12,568 bases of DNA, from NCBI GenBank assembly GCA_046318155.1, contig JBKCUU010000044.1:1-12568 (forward strand). The letters run 5' to 3'. The notes below the pieces were generated by a model that saw nothing but the letters and a program-made list of their open reading frames with translations, did no database searches and was not told the DNA's origin. Position 1 is the first letter of the stretch. Every line of letters begins with the position of its first letter. The position numbers and the translations under genes are program-made. Shown here piece after piece: positions 5,343 through 12,568 of this stretch. This stretch comes from Bdellovibrio sp. GTDB lineage: Bacteria > Bdellovibrionota > Bdellovibrionia > Bdellovibrionales > Bdellovibrionaceae.

Positions 5343-6712
5343 ACGAATTCTCGACATTCAATCCGTCCACCGCGCAAGTTTTAAAGACTTATCGTTATGC
5401 AAGCGATCAAGAAATTGAAAAGGCGCTTGCAGTATTGTCGCGCGGAAGCCGGCAAAGGCTCACGGCGACTCAAAAGCGAGTGCGCTTGGGGCATTTTGCC
5501 CAAGCTCTCACGGCCAAAAAGCAAGACCTGGGGCAGCTGATCACTCGGGAGATGGGGAAGCCCTTGGCTGAGGCCATGGCCGAGGTCGAGAAGTCGGTGA
5601 CCGCCATTGAGTATGCCCTGCAAAATTTTGAACAAGAACTCGCGGACGAATTTGTTCAAACCAAAGACACCCAGTTGACCGTGCGCAAACAAGCTTTGGG
5701 CCCGGTGTTTGCGGTGATGCCTTGGAACTTTCCGATTTGGCAAATCTTACGAGTTCTGCCGATGAGTTTTGCGGCCGGAAATCCCGTTTTGCTCAAGCAC
5801 TCGGACTTGGTTGCCGGAACGGCGGGTCTCTTGGCAGACCTCGCGGGCGAAGCTTTGGGGCTTGAGTACTTTCAGAACTTGTATCTGAATCATGACCAAG
5901 CGGCCCAGATCATTGCGGATACCAGAATTCGCGCGGTGACGATGACGGGTTCGGCCAGAGGCGGGCGAGAGATTGCGGCCCAGGCGGGGCGCTCTTTAAA
6001 GAAAGTTGTCCTGGAGTTGGGCGGAAGTGATCCGTACCTGGTTTTTTCGGATGCCGATGTCTCAGCGGCAGCCAAGCTGTGCGTGCAAACTCGACTGCTC
6101 AACAACGGTCAGAGTTGCATTTCAGGAAAACGGTTTTTGATTCACGAAAAAATTTATGATCAGTTTATCACTGATTTTTGTCATGAGCTTGGTCAGGCAA
6201 AAATTGGCGACCCGATGCTGACCGAAACGAAACTGGGCCCGCTCGCGCAGGCGAAGTTTAAAGCAGGACTGCAAAAACAGATTGAGCAATTGCAGTCCCA
6301 AGGGGGCCAAAAGATTTTTGAAGTGCCGCTCATTTTAGAAAATGAGTTGAAGGCCGGCGCTTTTTTTGCGCCCCAGGTGTTTGCCGTTTCGGGTCTCGAG
6401 CCCGCGGTCACTCACGATGAGTTTTTTGGACCCGTGGCTTTGATGATGAAGTTTAAATCCGAGGACCATGCGATCCAGCTTGCCAATGCGAGTGTGTATG
6501 GCCTAGGCGGGGGCGTGTTTTCAAAGGATCTTGAGGTTTGCAGACGGGTCAGTGATCGCCTCGATTGTGGGCTCGTTGCTTGGAACGATTTTGTCAGGTC
6601 CCATCCCGCTGCGCCCTTCGGTGGAGTCAAGGACAGCGGCTTCGGACGCGAGTTGGGGGCTTGCGGATTTCGCGAGCTCTTGAATCTCAAGACTCTCAGC
6701 CGCCGCCTCTAA
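5339..6712 (+). CDS. NAD(P)-dependent aldehyde dehydrogenase (succinate-semialdehyde dehydrogenase, Sad/GabD-like)
   Basis: MPWNFP, TGS, LELGGSDP (catalytic Glu), NNGQSCISGKRF (catalytic Cys), EFFGPV and PFGGVKDSGFGRELG. Confidence 0.95.
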   Translation: MNEFSTFNPSTAQVLKTYRYASDQEIEKALAVLSRGSRQRLTATQKRVRLGHFAQALTAKKQDLGQLITREMGKPLAEAMAEVEKSVTAIEYALQNFEQELADEFVQTKDTQLTVRKQALGPVFAVMPWNFPIWQILRVLPMSFAAGNPVLLKHSDLVAGTAGLLADLAGEALGLEYFQNLYLNHDQAAQIIADTRIRAVTMTGSARGGREIAAQAGRSLKKVVLELGGSDPYLVFSDADVSAAAKLCVQTRLLNNGQSCISGKRFLIHEKIYDQFITDFCHELGQAKIGDPMLTETKLGPLAQAKFKAGLQKQIEQLQSQGGQKIFEVPLILENELKAGAFFAPQVFAVSGLEPAVTHDEFFGPVALMMKFKSEDHAIQLANASVYGLGGGVFSKDLEVCRRVSDRLDCGLVAWNDFVRSHPAAPFGGVKDSGFGRELGACGFRELLNLKTLSRRL

Positions 6713-7210
6713 ATCCATGGGCGAGGCCGCCTCTGAAAGACCAAAGCCGCGGTATTCTCTGGTCTCCATAAACTCTTCAGGGGTGGGGGCATCCAAGATT
6801 CCGCCGTACTCAGTAAACTCTTTGATAAACAAAAAAAGATCTTCGGTCGGCTCGCGGTCATCACGCAGAGACACCAAGAGTGGCGTTAAAAATCCGGTCA
6901 GGCGGCTCGTCACGCGATTTTCAGGAAGACTTTCAACTTCGTTCATCTGCTGCAAAATCTGAATCAGGCTTGCGTCTGAATCTTGGTACGAGTGCGAAAC
7001 GTGAAATTTGAGTTGGTACAAAAACGACAGCCACACATCTCGCTCGAGCGCCTCGTTCTTGCCGGGTTCCCAGCTTTGAATCGAGTGGGTCCACGCTTCG
7101 ATCCGCTCGATGAGAAGGGGCTTCGACGGCGCGCGAGTGGCTACCAAAGCAGCCCCGACCTGGGGAGCAAACAAAAACAGTATCATGACGAGTTTGAGGC
7201 CGTGGCGCAT
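6521..7210 (-). CDS. Secreted acidic hypothetical protein
   Basis: 229-aa ORF with SD AAGGA and a signal-peptide-like N-terminus MRHGLKLVMILFLFAPQVGA. It is the only long ORF spanning 6713-7210. Confidence 0.75.
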   Translation of the reverse strand: MRHGLKLVMILFLFAPQVGAALVATRAPSKPLLIERIEAWTHSIQSWEPGKNEALERDVWLSFLYQLKFHVSHSYQDSDASLIQILQQMNEVESLPENRVTSRLTGFLTPLLVSLRDDREPTEDLFLFIKEFTEYGGILDAPTPEEFMETREYRGFGLSEAASPMDLEAAAESLEIQELAKSASPQLASEAAVLDSTEGRSGMGPDKIVPSNEPTIEAITDPSANLKIL

Positions 7211-7293
7211 CGGGTCCTTCTCGAGTTTTCAGTCGACTCTCAGCAACGAGGAAAAATATCACGTTTTGCCGCAGCCAAGCGATGGCTAAAGTT

Positions 7294-7323
7294 TTGACAG
7301 GAGTTTTTTTCTTGGGTCAAAGT
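7294..7323 (+). promoter_or_regulatory. Putative sigma70 promoter of tilS (leaderless)
   Basis: TTGACA (7294-7299), 18 nt, CAAAGT (7318-7323), 5 nt, ATG 7329. Confidence 0.45.
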
Positions 7324-7328
7324 AGGCG

Positions 7329-8276
7329 ATGGCCTGGTCCGATTTAACCCACAAAACGCATCACGAGTGGCGCCTTCAGGGGCTTCAATCGCAAAAACTT
7401 TTGCTTCTGCTGAGCGGGGGCGTCGATTCACTCGCGCTTTTTTCTCTTCTTTGCGATCTCGCCAGACCTCTTGAATTCGAGTTTTCGGTTTTGCATTTTC
7501 ATCATGGCGGCGAGTCCGCCGCTCGCCAGGAGGCTCTGTCTTTTTGTCGGCGCCTCTGCGAACAAAAGCGGGTTCCTTTTTTCTCTCTGCGTGCGCATCT
7601 TGCTCTTGAGTCCGAACAAGAGATGCGTGAATTCAGGCGCGAAGCGGCGGCGAGGCTTGCGACTTGTGAGCAATTTGATCGCATCCTGACCGCTCATCAA
7701 GCCGACGACGTGCTCGAGACTCGGCTTTTTCGCGTGCTGCGCGGAACGGGTCTTCAGGGCGTGCAGGCACTCAAAAGTTTTGATTCTCCGTGGTGGAGAC
7801 CTCTGCTCGAGCGGTCACGCCAAGAGCTTGTGCAAGATCTTGCGTGGCGCGGGCTTGAGCCGCTCAAGGATCCGACCAATGAAGATCAAAAGTACCGACG
7901 GAACTGGATTCGGCACGAGCTCTTGCCTAAAATCGAGGCTAAAATGCCGGGTGCGGCTGAGCACTTGGCGCGCTTTTTTTCGCAAGTTGTCGAGAGTGAG
8001 CGTGTTCATTCTGTGACCAATGACAGAGATTCTCGAGAGTGGGTCCAGTCGGGGATTCCCCGCACTTGGTTTTTACAGCGATCCGCGTCTGAGCAAAAGC
8101 AGGCCCTGGCAAGCTACCTATTCGTGCTGGGAGTCAAGGATTACCGTTATTCTCAGATCGAAGAGGTCCGAAAGCACCTGGACAACCCTAAAATCGTGCA
8201 CACATTTAGAACTGCAGGTTGTGAGTGGATTTTGAATCAAGACGTGGTTCGCGCTTTCCCCGGCGAACGGGCCTAA
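7329..8276 (+). CDS. tilS: tRNA(Ile)-lysidine synthetase
   Basis: PP-loop SGGVDS, HFHHG, TAHQADDVLET...RG and DPTN...RNWIRHELLP; directly upstream of ftsH. Confidence 0.95.
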   Translation: MAWSDLTHKTHHEWRLQGLQSQKLLLLLSGGVDSLALFSLLCDLARPLEFEFSVLHFHHGGESAARQEALSFCRRLCEQKRVPFFSLRAHLALESEQEMREFRREAAARLATCEQFDRILTAHQADDVLETRLFRVLRGTGLQGVQALKSFDSPWWRPLLERSRQELVQDLAWRGLEPLKDPTNEDQKYRRNWIRHELLPKIEAKMPGAAEHLARFFSQVVESERVHSVTNDRDSREWVQSGIPRTWFLQRSASEQKQALASYLFVLGVKDYRYSQIEEVRKHLDNPKIVHTFRTAGCEWILNQDVVRAFPGERA

Positions 8277-8305
8277 CAAAAGGGTCTGTTTCTGGCCGTG
8301 CCTAG

Positions 8306-8334
8306 TTGTTTTGAGTCTCCAATCACCCTAAAAT
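8306..8334 (+). promoter_or_regulatory. Putative sigma70 promoter of ftsH
   Basis: TTGTTT (8306-8311), 17 nt, TAAAAT (8329-8334); SD AGGAG at 8363-8367. Confidence 0.5.
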
Positions 8335-8372
8335 AGAACTCGCATCTCGGTCGCTGTCTTGAAGGAGCTTTG

Positions 8373-10325
8373 ATGAAGCAAACCCAAAAAACTCTCGCCT
8401 TGTGGCTGTTTCTTGTCATCGTTGCGGTTTTCATTTTCCAAGCCTGGGAAGTGCGACACGAAAAGATGATAACTGGATTCAATTACTCCAAATTTATCAC
8501 GGCGGTTGAAAATAACGAGGTGGCGAATGTGACGTTTCGCCCAGATACCAGCGAGATCGTCGGCGACTTGAAACCCGAATTCGAAAAGAAATATGAAGGC
8601 AAGCATTTCGTTATCGTGGGGAACACGGGCGATAAAGCCTACGAAGTCTTGATGAAAAATGGTCTCACGCCCAATTACGAGCGCGGCGAAAACAGCGGTA
8701 TGCTCACGTCGTTCCTGCTCAACTGGTTGCCGGCCATTTTGATCATCGGCATGTTTATTTTGTTGATGCGTCAGATGCAGGGTGCTGGCGGCAAGGCGAT
8801 GAGTTTTGGAAAATCAAAAGCCAAACTTCTCAATGAAAGTAAAAACCGCGTCACTTTTAAAGAGGTGGCGGGCGCGGATGAAGCGAAATATGAATTGTCC
8901 GAGATCGTGCAGTTTCTAAAAGATCCCAAAAAATTTACCAAGCTGGGCGGACGCATTCCAAAAGGTGTGTTGTTAGTCGGCCCTCCCGGGACTGGTAAGA
9001 CCTTGCTTGCGCGCGCGGTTGCAGGCGAAGCGGGCGTTACTTTCTTTACAATCTCGGGCTCTGACTTCGTGGAGATGTTTGTCGGTGTGGGTGCTTCACG
9101 GGTCCGCGATTTGTTCGAACAAGGAAAGAAGCATGCTCCTTGCTTGATCTTCATCGATGAGATCGATGCGGTCGGACGTCATCGCGGTGCCGGGATGGGC
9201 GGAGGGCATGATGAGCGCGAGCAGACACTCAATCAATTGCTTGTTGAGATGGATGGTTTTGAAGCCAATGACGGCGTGATTTTGATCGCGGCGACGAATC
9301 GGCCCGATGTTCTTGATCCGGCGCTTCTGCGTCCTGGTCGCTTTGACCGCCGTGTGGTTGTTTCAAAGCCGGATGTCTTGGGACGCAAGCAGATTTTGGA
9401 AGTTCACACCCGCAAAACTCCTTTGGGTCCCAACGTCGATCTCGAAAAAGTGGCGCGCGGAACGCCTGGTTTTTCGGGAGCAGATCTGGAGAACTTGGTG
9501 AATGAGTCGGCACTGAATGCCGCACGGTTAGGTAAAAACGTTTTGGAAAACAGCGATTTTGAGCAGGCCAAAGACAAAGTCCTGATGGGAGCTGAGCGCA
9601 AATCGATGGTCATCAGTGACGAAGACAAAAAAGTCACGGCCTACCATGAGGCCGGGCATACACTTGTGGGTAAAAAATTAGTTGGTCTTGATCCCATTCA
9701 CAAGGTCACGATTATCCCTCGCGGAATGGCGTTGGGCGTGACGCAGACTTTGCCCGAGCGCGATTCTCTGAATCTCTCGAAAAGCAAAGCCAATAACATG
9801 ATCGCTTTCTTGTTTGGTGGGCGAGCGGCCGAAGAGTTGGTCTTTAATGACATTACGACGGGTGCTGGAAACGACATCGAGCGGGCGAGCGATATTGCTC
9901 GTAAGATGGTCTGTGAATGGGGAATGAGCGAAAAGCTCGGGCCTCTTTCCTACGAGAAATCAGAGGGACCCGTGTTCTTAGGGATGGGCCAAGCCAACAA
10001 AGTCCGTGAGTACTCGGATGCAAAGGCTGAAGAAATCGATCAAGAAGTTTATAAAATTGTCGATCACGGCTACAAAACAGCAGTTCGTTTGTTGACCGAG
10101 AATCGTGACGCACTTGAACGTTTGACGGCAGCTTTACTTGAGTTTGAGACGATTGACGGTTTTGAGGTCGACATGTTGGTCAATGGAGCGGCGGTTTCGG
10201 AGATTCGTAAGACCCGGGCCAACAATATCTCGAGTGGCGGCAGCGCAATTCCGATCACAGAGGAAGCGGGCAAGAAGTTGGGTGGCTCTGACCCCGTTGG
10301 GACCCCCGGAACAGCAACGACATAA
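8373..10325 (+). CDS. ftsH: ATP-dependent zinc metalloprotease FtsH
   Basis: Two TM segments, Walker A GPPGTGKT, Walker B IFIDEID, pore motif [25 protein letters not shown] and HEAGH zinc motif. Confidence 0.99.
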   Translation: MKQTQKTLALWLFLVIVAVFIFQAWEVRHEKMITGFNYSKFITAVENNEVANVTFRPDTSEIVGDLKPEFEKKYEGKHFVIVGNTGDKAYEVLMKNGLTPNYERGENSGMLTSFLLNWLPAILIIGMFILLMRQMQGAGGKAMSFGKSKAKLLNESKNRVTFKEVAGADEAKYELSEIVQFLKDPKKFTKLGGRIPKGVLLVGPPGTGKTLLARAVAGEAGVTFFTISGSDFVEMFVGVGASRVRDLFEQGKKHAPCLIFIDEIDAVGRHRGAGMGGGHDEREQTLNQLLVEMDGFEANDGVILIAATNRPDVLDPALLRPGRFDRRVVVSKPDVLGRKQILEVHTRKTPLGPNVDLEKVARGTPGFSGADLENLVNESALNAARLGKNVLENSDFEQAKDKVLMGAERKSMVISDEDKKVTAYHEAGHTLVGKKLVGLDPIHKVTIIPRGMALGVTQTLPERDSLNLSKSKANNMIAFLFGGRAAEELVFNDITTGAGNDIERASDIARKMVCEWGMSEKLGPLSYEKSEGPVFLGMGQANKVREYSDAKAEEIDQEVYKIVDHGYKTAVRLLTENRDALERLTAALLEFETIDGFEVDMLVNGAAVSEIRKTRANNISSGGSAIPITEEAGKKLGGSDPVGTPGTATT

Positions 10326-10388
10326 CTCGCCCTCACAGGGCTTCTGACGGTGATCGGGGGGCCTGGCATGACGTAAAGGACCGGAAAC

Positions 10389-11189
10389 TTGAATTGGCAG
10401 CAAGGTATTGATAATTTGTTTTTCATCATTGGGCACCTGCGCTGGCAGGATGCGCTCGACATGATCCTTGTTTGGATCGTCGTTTATCGAGTCCTTATTC
10501 TGATAAAGAAAACCGGAACGATCCAAATGCTTTCTGGGTTAGGGGTGTTGGCCATCGCCTATATTCTCTCGATCTGGGGCGAGCTCTTTACCTTTAATTG
10601 GATCCTCGAGAAGTTTTTCTCGAATCTCTTTGTCATTGTCGTCATCTTATTTCAGGCAGAAATTCGGCGTGCCCTTGCTCAAATTGGAAGTAATCCATTT
10701 TTAAGTGACGTGTCTTCTATTCAAGAAACCCACGTGATTGAAGAGATTGTAAAATCCGCTTTTGCGCTCGCTCAGCGTGGGTACGGGGCGCTCATCGTGA
10801 TCGAAAAAGAGATCATGATTGATTATCACATCGAGTTTGGAACTGATGTCGATGCAAAAGTGTCGAATGAACTTTTGACTTCAATTTTTCACCCGACTAG
10901 TCCGATTCATGATGGCGCGGTTCTTATTCGAGGTGGAAAGGTGCATTCGGCCGGAAATTTTTTACCACTTTCAAAAAACCCAATTTTAGACAAAAACTTA
11001 GGGACTCGCCATCGCGCGGCGATTGGTTTGACTGAAGAAACTGATGCCATCGTCGTCATCGTCAGCGAAGAGAATCGTTCGGTGGCGATTGTTCAGGGCG
11101 GACACCTCAGTGTGCAAAATGAAATGGGTCAGCTCCGAAAACATTTATACGGATTCTTTGGTCTTAAGTACAAGGGGGTTGAAACGTGA
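10389..11189 (+). CDS. cdaA: Diadenylate cyclase CdaA (DacA)
   Basis: Three N-terminal TM segments, FQAEIRRAL, and catalytic DGA (HDGAV) and RHR (GTRHRAAIG) motifs. TTG start with AAGGA SD. Confidence 0.96.
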   Translation: MNWQQGIDNLFFIIGHLRWQDALDMILVWIVVYRVLILIKKTGTIQMLSGLGVLAIAYILSIWGELFTFNWILEKFFSNLFVIVVILFQAEIRRALAQIGSNPFLSDVSSIQETHVIEEIVKSAFALAQRGYGALIVIEKEIMIDYHIEFGTDVDAKVSNELLTSIFHPTSPIHDGAVLIRGGKVHSAGNFLPLSKNPILDKNLGTRHRAAIGLTEETDAIVVIVSEENRSVAIVQGGHLSVQNEMGQLRKHLYGFFGLKYKGVET

Positions 11190-11569
11190 AAATCTCCTGG
11201 AAGTCTTTAGTCCTCGAAAATTTCAGTTACAAAATTGTCGCTTTGTTTATTTCGCTGATTTTGTGGGTCACTATTTTGGGGCGCCGTGATTTTCAGGTCA
11301 CAAAAAATATCGAGCTTGATTTGAGCGCGGCACCTGGAGTTGTTCTCGAGGCTCAGTCGGTTGAACACATTAAAGTGCGCGTCGCGGGTCCTCGAACTGC
11401 TTTACGAAAATTTCTCGAAGCCGGAGCGACGCAAGTTCTAAGTGTTGATGTTTCGGGTTTCAAGCCTGGCGTGTACCGTGTGACTATTCCGACACAAAAG
11501 CTGGATATGCCCTTTGGCGTGAAGATCCTCTCGGTCAAACCCTCTGAGGTCGAAGTTCGCCTGAAATAA
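11186..11569 (+). CDS. cdaR: CdaR/YbbR-family protein, single repeat
   Basis: N-terminal anchor ENFSYKIVALFISLILW, a VxVxGP motif and a C-terminal PSEVEVRL. GTGA overlap with cdaA; lies between cdaA and glmM. Confidence 0.88.
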   Translation: MKISWKSLVLENFSYKIVALFISLILWVTILGRRDFQVTKNIELDLSAAPGVVLEAQSVEHIKVRVAGPRTALRKFLEAGATQVLSVDVSGFKPGVYRVTIPTQKLDMPFGVKILSVKPSEVEVRLK

Positions 11570-11616
11570 TGGTTTGAGTTGCCTCGGCCCCCGAGGCGCT
11601 TTAAAAGAGAGGCCTC

Positions 11617-12568
11617 ATGGAAAAGCCGAACCTGAAATCATTTGAAAAGCCGCCCGAACGGGAGCCGAACTCAACCCTTGAAAAAAGAGCCCGTCTGTTT
11701 GGAACAGACGGCATTCGCGGAACGGCGAATCAGTACCCGATGACGCCCGATGTGGTTGTCAAAATCGGGCAGGCCATCGGCCACATCTTGCAAAAACAAG
11801 AAATGCCTTGGAACCAACAAGTTCCTAAGGTCGTGATAGGAAAAGATACCCGCCTCTCGGGTTACATGATCGAGCAGGCATTGTCTTCGGGACTCAACTC
11901 AATGGGCGTGCACGTGCAGCTTGTGGGCCCACTGCCAACGCCGGGAATTGGATATCTGACTCGCAATATGCGAGCAACCGCTGGCATCGTGATCTCGGCT
12001 TCACATAATGCCTATCAAGACAACGGGATTAAGATCTTTGGTCACGATGGTTTTAAAATTGCCGACGAGATGGAGCGAGAGATCGAGCGCCTGGTGTTTG
12101 ATGTCGATTTGACTAAGCTGTTGCCGCCATCGCCCCAAGTCGGGCGTACCAAGCGGATTGAAGATGCGCAAGGCCGGTACATTGTTTACGCCAAATCGAC
12201 ATTCCCGCTTGAGTACACCCTCGACGGCTTGAGAATTGTTTTAGATACGGCCAACGGTGCTGCTTATAAAGTCGCGCCCCAAGTTTTTGAAGAGTTGGGT
12301 GCAGAAGTTGTTCATGTTGGAAATACGCCCAATGGGACGAATATCAACGACAAGGTGGGCGCTCTTTATCCTGCAAAACTAGCTGAAGCCGTCGTTCAGT
12401 ACCGGGCTGATGTTGGGATCAGTTTAGATGGCGATGCCGACCGCGTGATCATGGTCGACGAAAAAGGCCAGATCATGAACGGCGACCATGTTTTGGGCGT
12501 TTGCGCTTTGCACTTAAAAAAGCGTGGCGCTCTTAAAAACAACACCCTCGTGGTCACTCAAATGAGCC
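11617..12568 (+). CDS. glmM: Phosphoglucosamine mutase (3' end outside window)
   Basis: Not in the ORF track because it has no stop in the window. Manual translation gives LFGTDGIRG, GKDTRLSGYM, ISASHN (phospho-Ser) and DGDADR (metal loop). SD GAGG precedes ATG 11617. Confidence 0.97.
   Translation, partial: MEKPNLKSFEKPPEREPNSTLEKRARLFGTDGIRGTANQYPMTPDVVVKIGQAIGHILQKQEMPWNQQVPKVVIGKDTRLSGYMIEQALSSGLNSMGVHVQLVGPLPTPGIGYLTRNMRATAGIVISASHNAYQDNGIKIFGHDGFKIADEMEREIERLVFDVDLTKLLPPSPQVGRTKRIEDAQGRYIVYAKSTFPLEYTLDGLRIVLDTANGAAYKVAPQVFEELGAEVVHVGNTPNGTNINDKVGALYPAKLAEAVVQYRADVGISLDGDADRVIMVDEKGQIMNGDHVLGVCALHLKKRGALKNNTLVVTQMS

Noticed and set aside
10329..10345. Terminator after ftsH (GCCCT-CAC-AGGGC)
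   Set aside because: The stem is only 5 bp with no real U-tract, too weak to call.
8328..10526. Antisense and alternate-frame ORFs inside ftsH and cdaA (and similar ones within other core genes)
   Set aside because: They are shadow ORFs of conserved genes with no recognisable motifs.

Overview
Mostly core chromosome of a bacterium that looks like a Bdellovibrionota or related delta-type lineage (inferred from gene content, gene order and promoter style). Core genes, left to right: tRNA-Gly(GCC) (-), a small membrane ORF, pgsA (-), a PilZ-domain protein, a YbgC-like thioesterase, glpX, a Cys-rich Zn-ribbon protein, an SRPBCC/cyclase protein, a phasin-like hypothetical, a small membrane protein, an aldehyde dehydrogenase, a secreted hypothetical (-), tilS, ftsH, cdaA, cdaR and a 3'-truncated glmM. 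The first ~730 bp, beyond the tRNA 3' end, is an AT-richer mosaic of mobile-element relics. It holds a multiply deleted IS66 tnpC with an intact right end, apparently inserted in the start of an IS3-type HTH gene. It also holds a 39-codon ORF with a tyrosine-recombinase motif that overlaps a possible structured RNA, and an 8-bp tandem repeat. Other points: a compensatory A19-U56 pair in the tRNA elbow, several likely leaderless genes including a sigma28-type one, a 192-bp convergent gene overlap, and a c-di-AMP module in a Gram-negative context. I see no clearly complete novel system. The best candidates are the 530-645 element and the sigma28 membrane-protein/ALDH unit.
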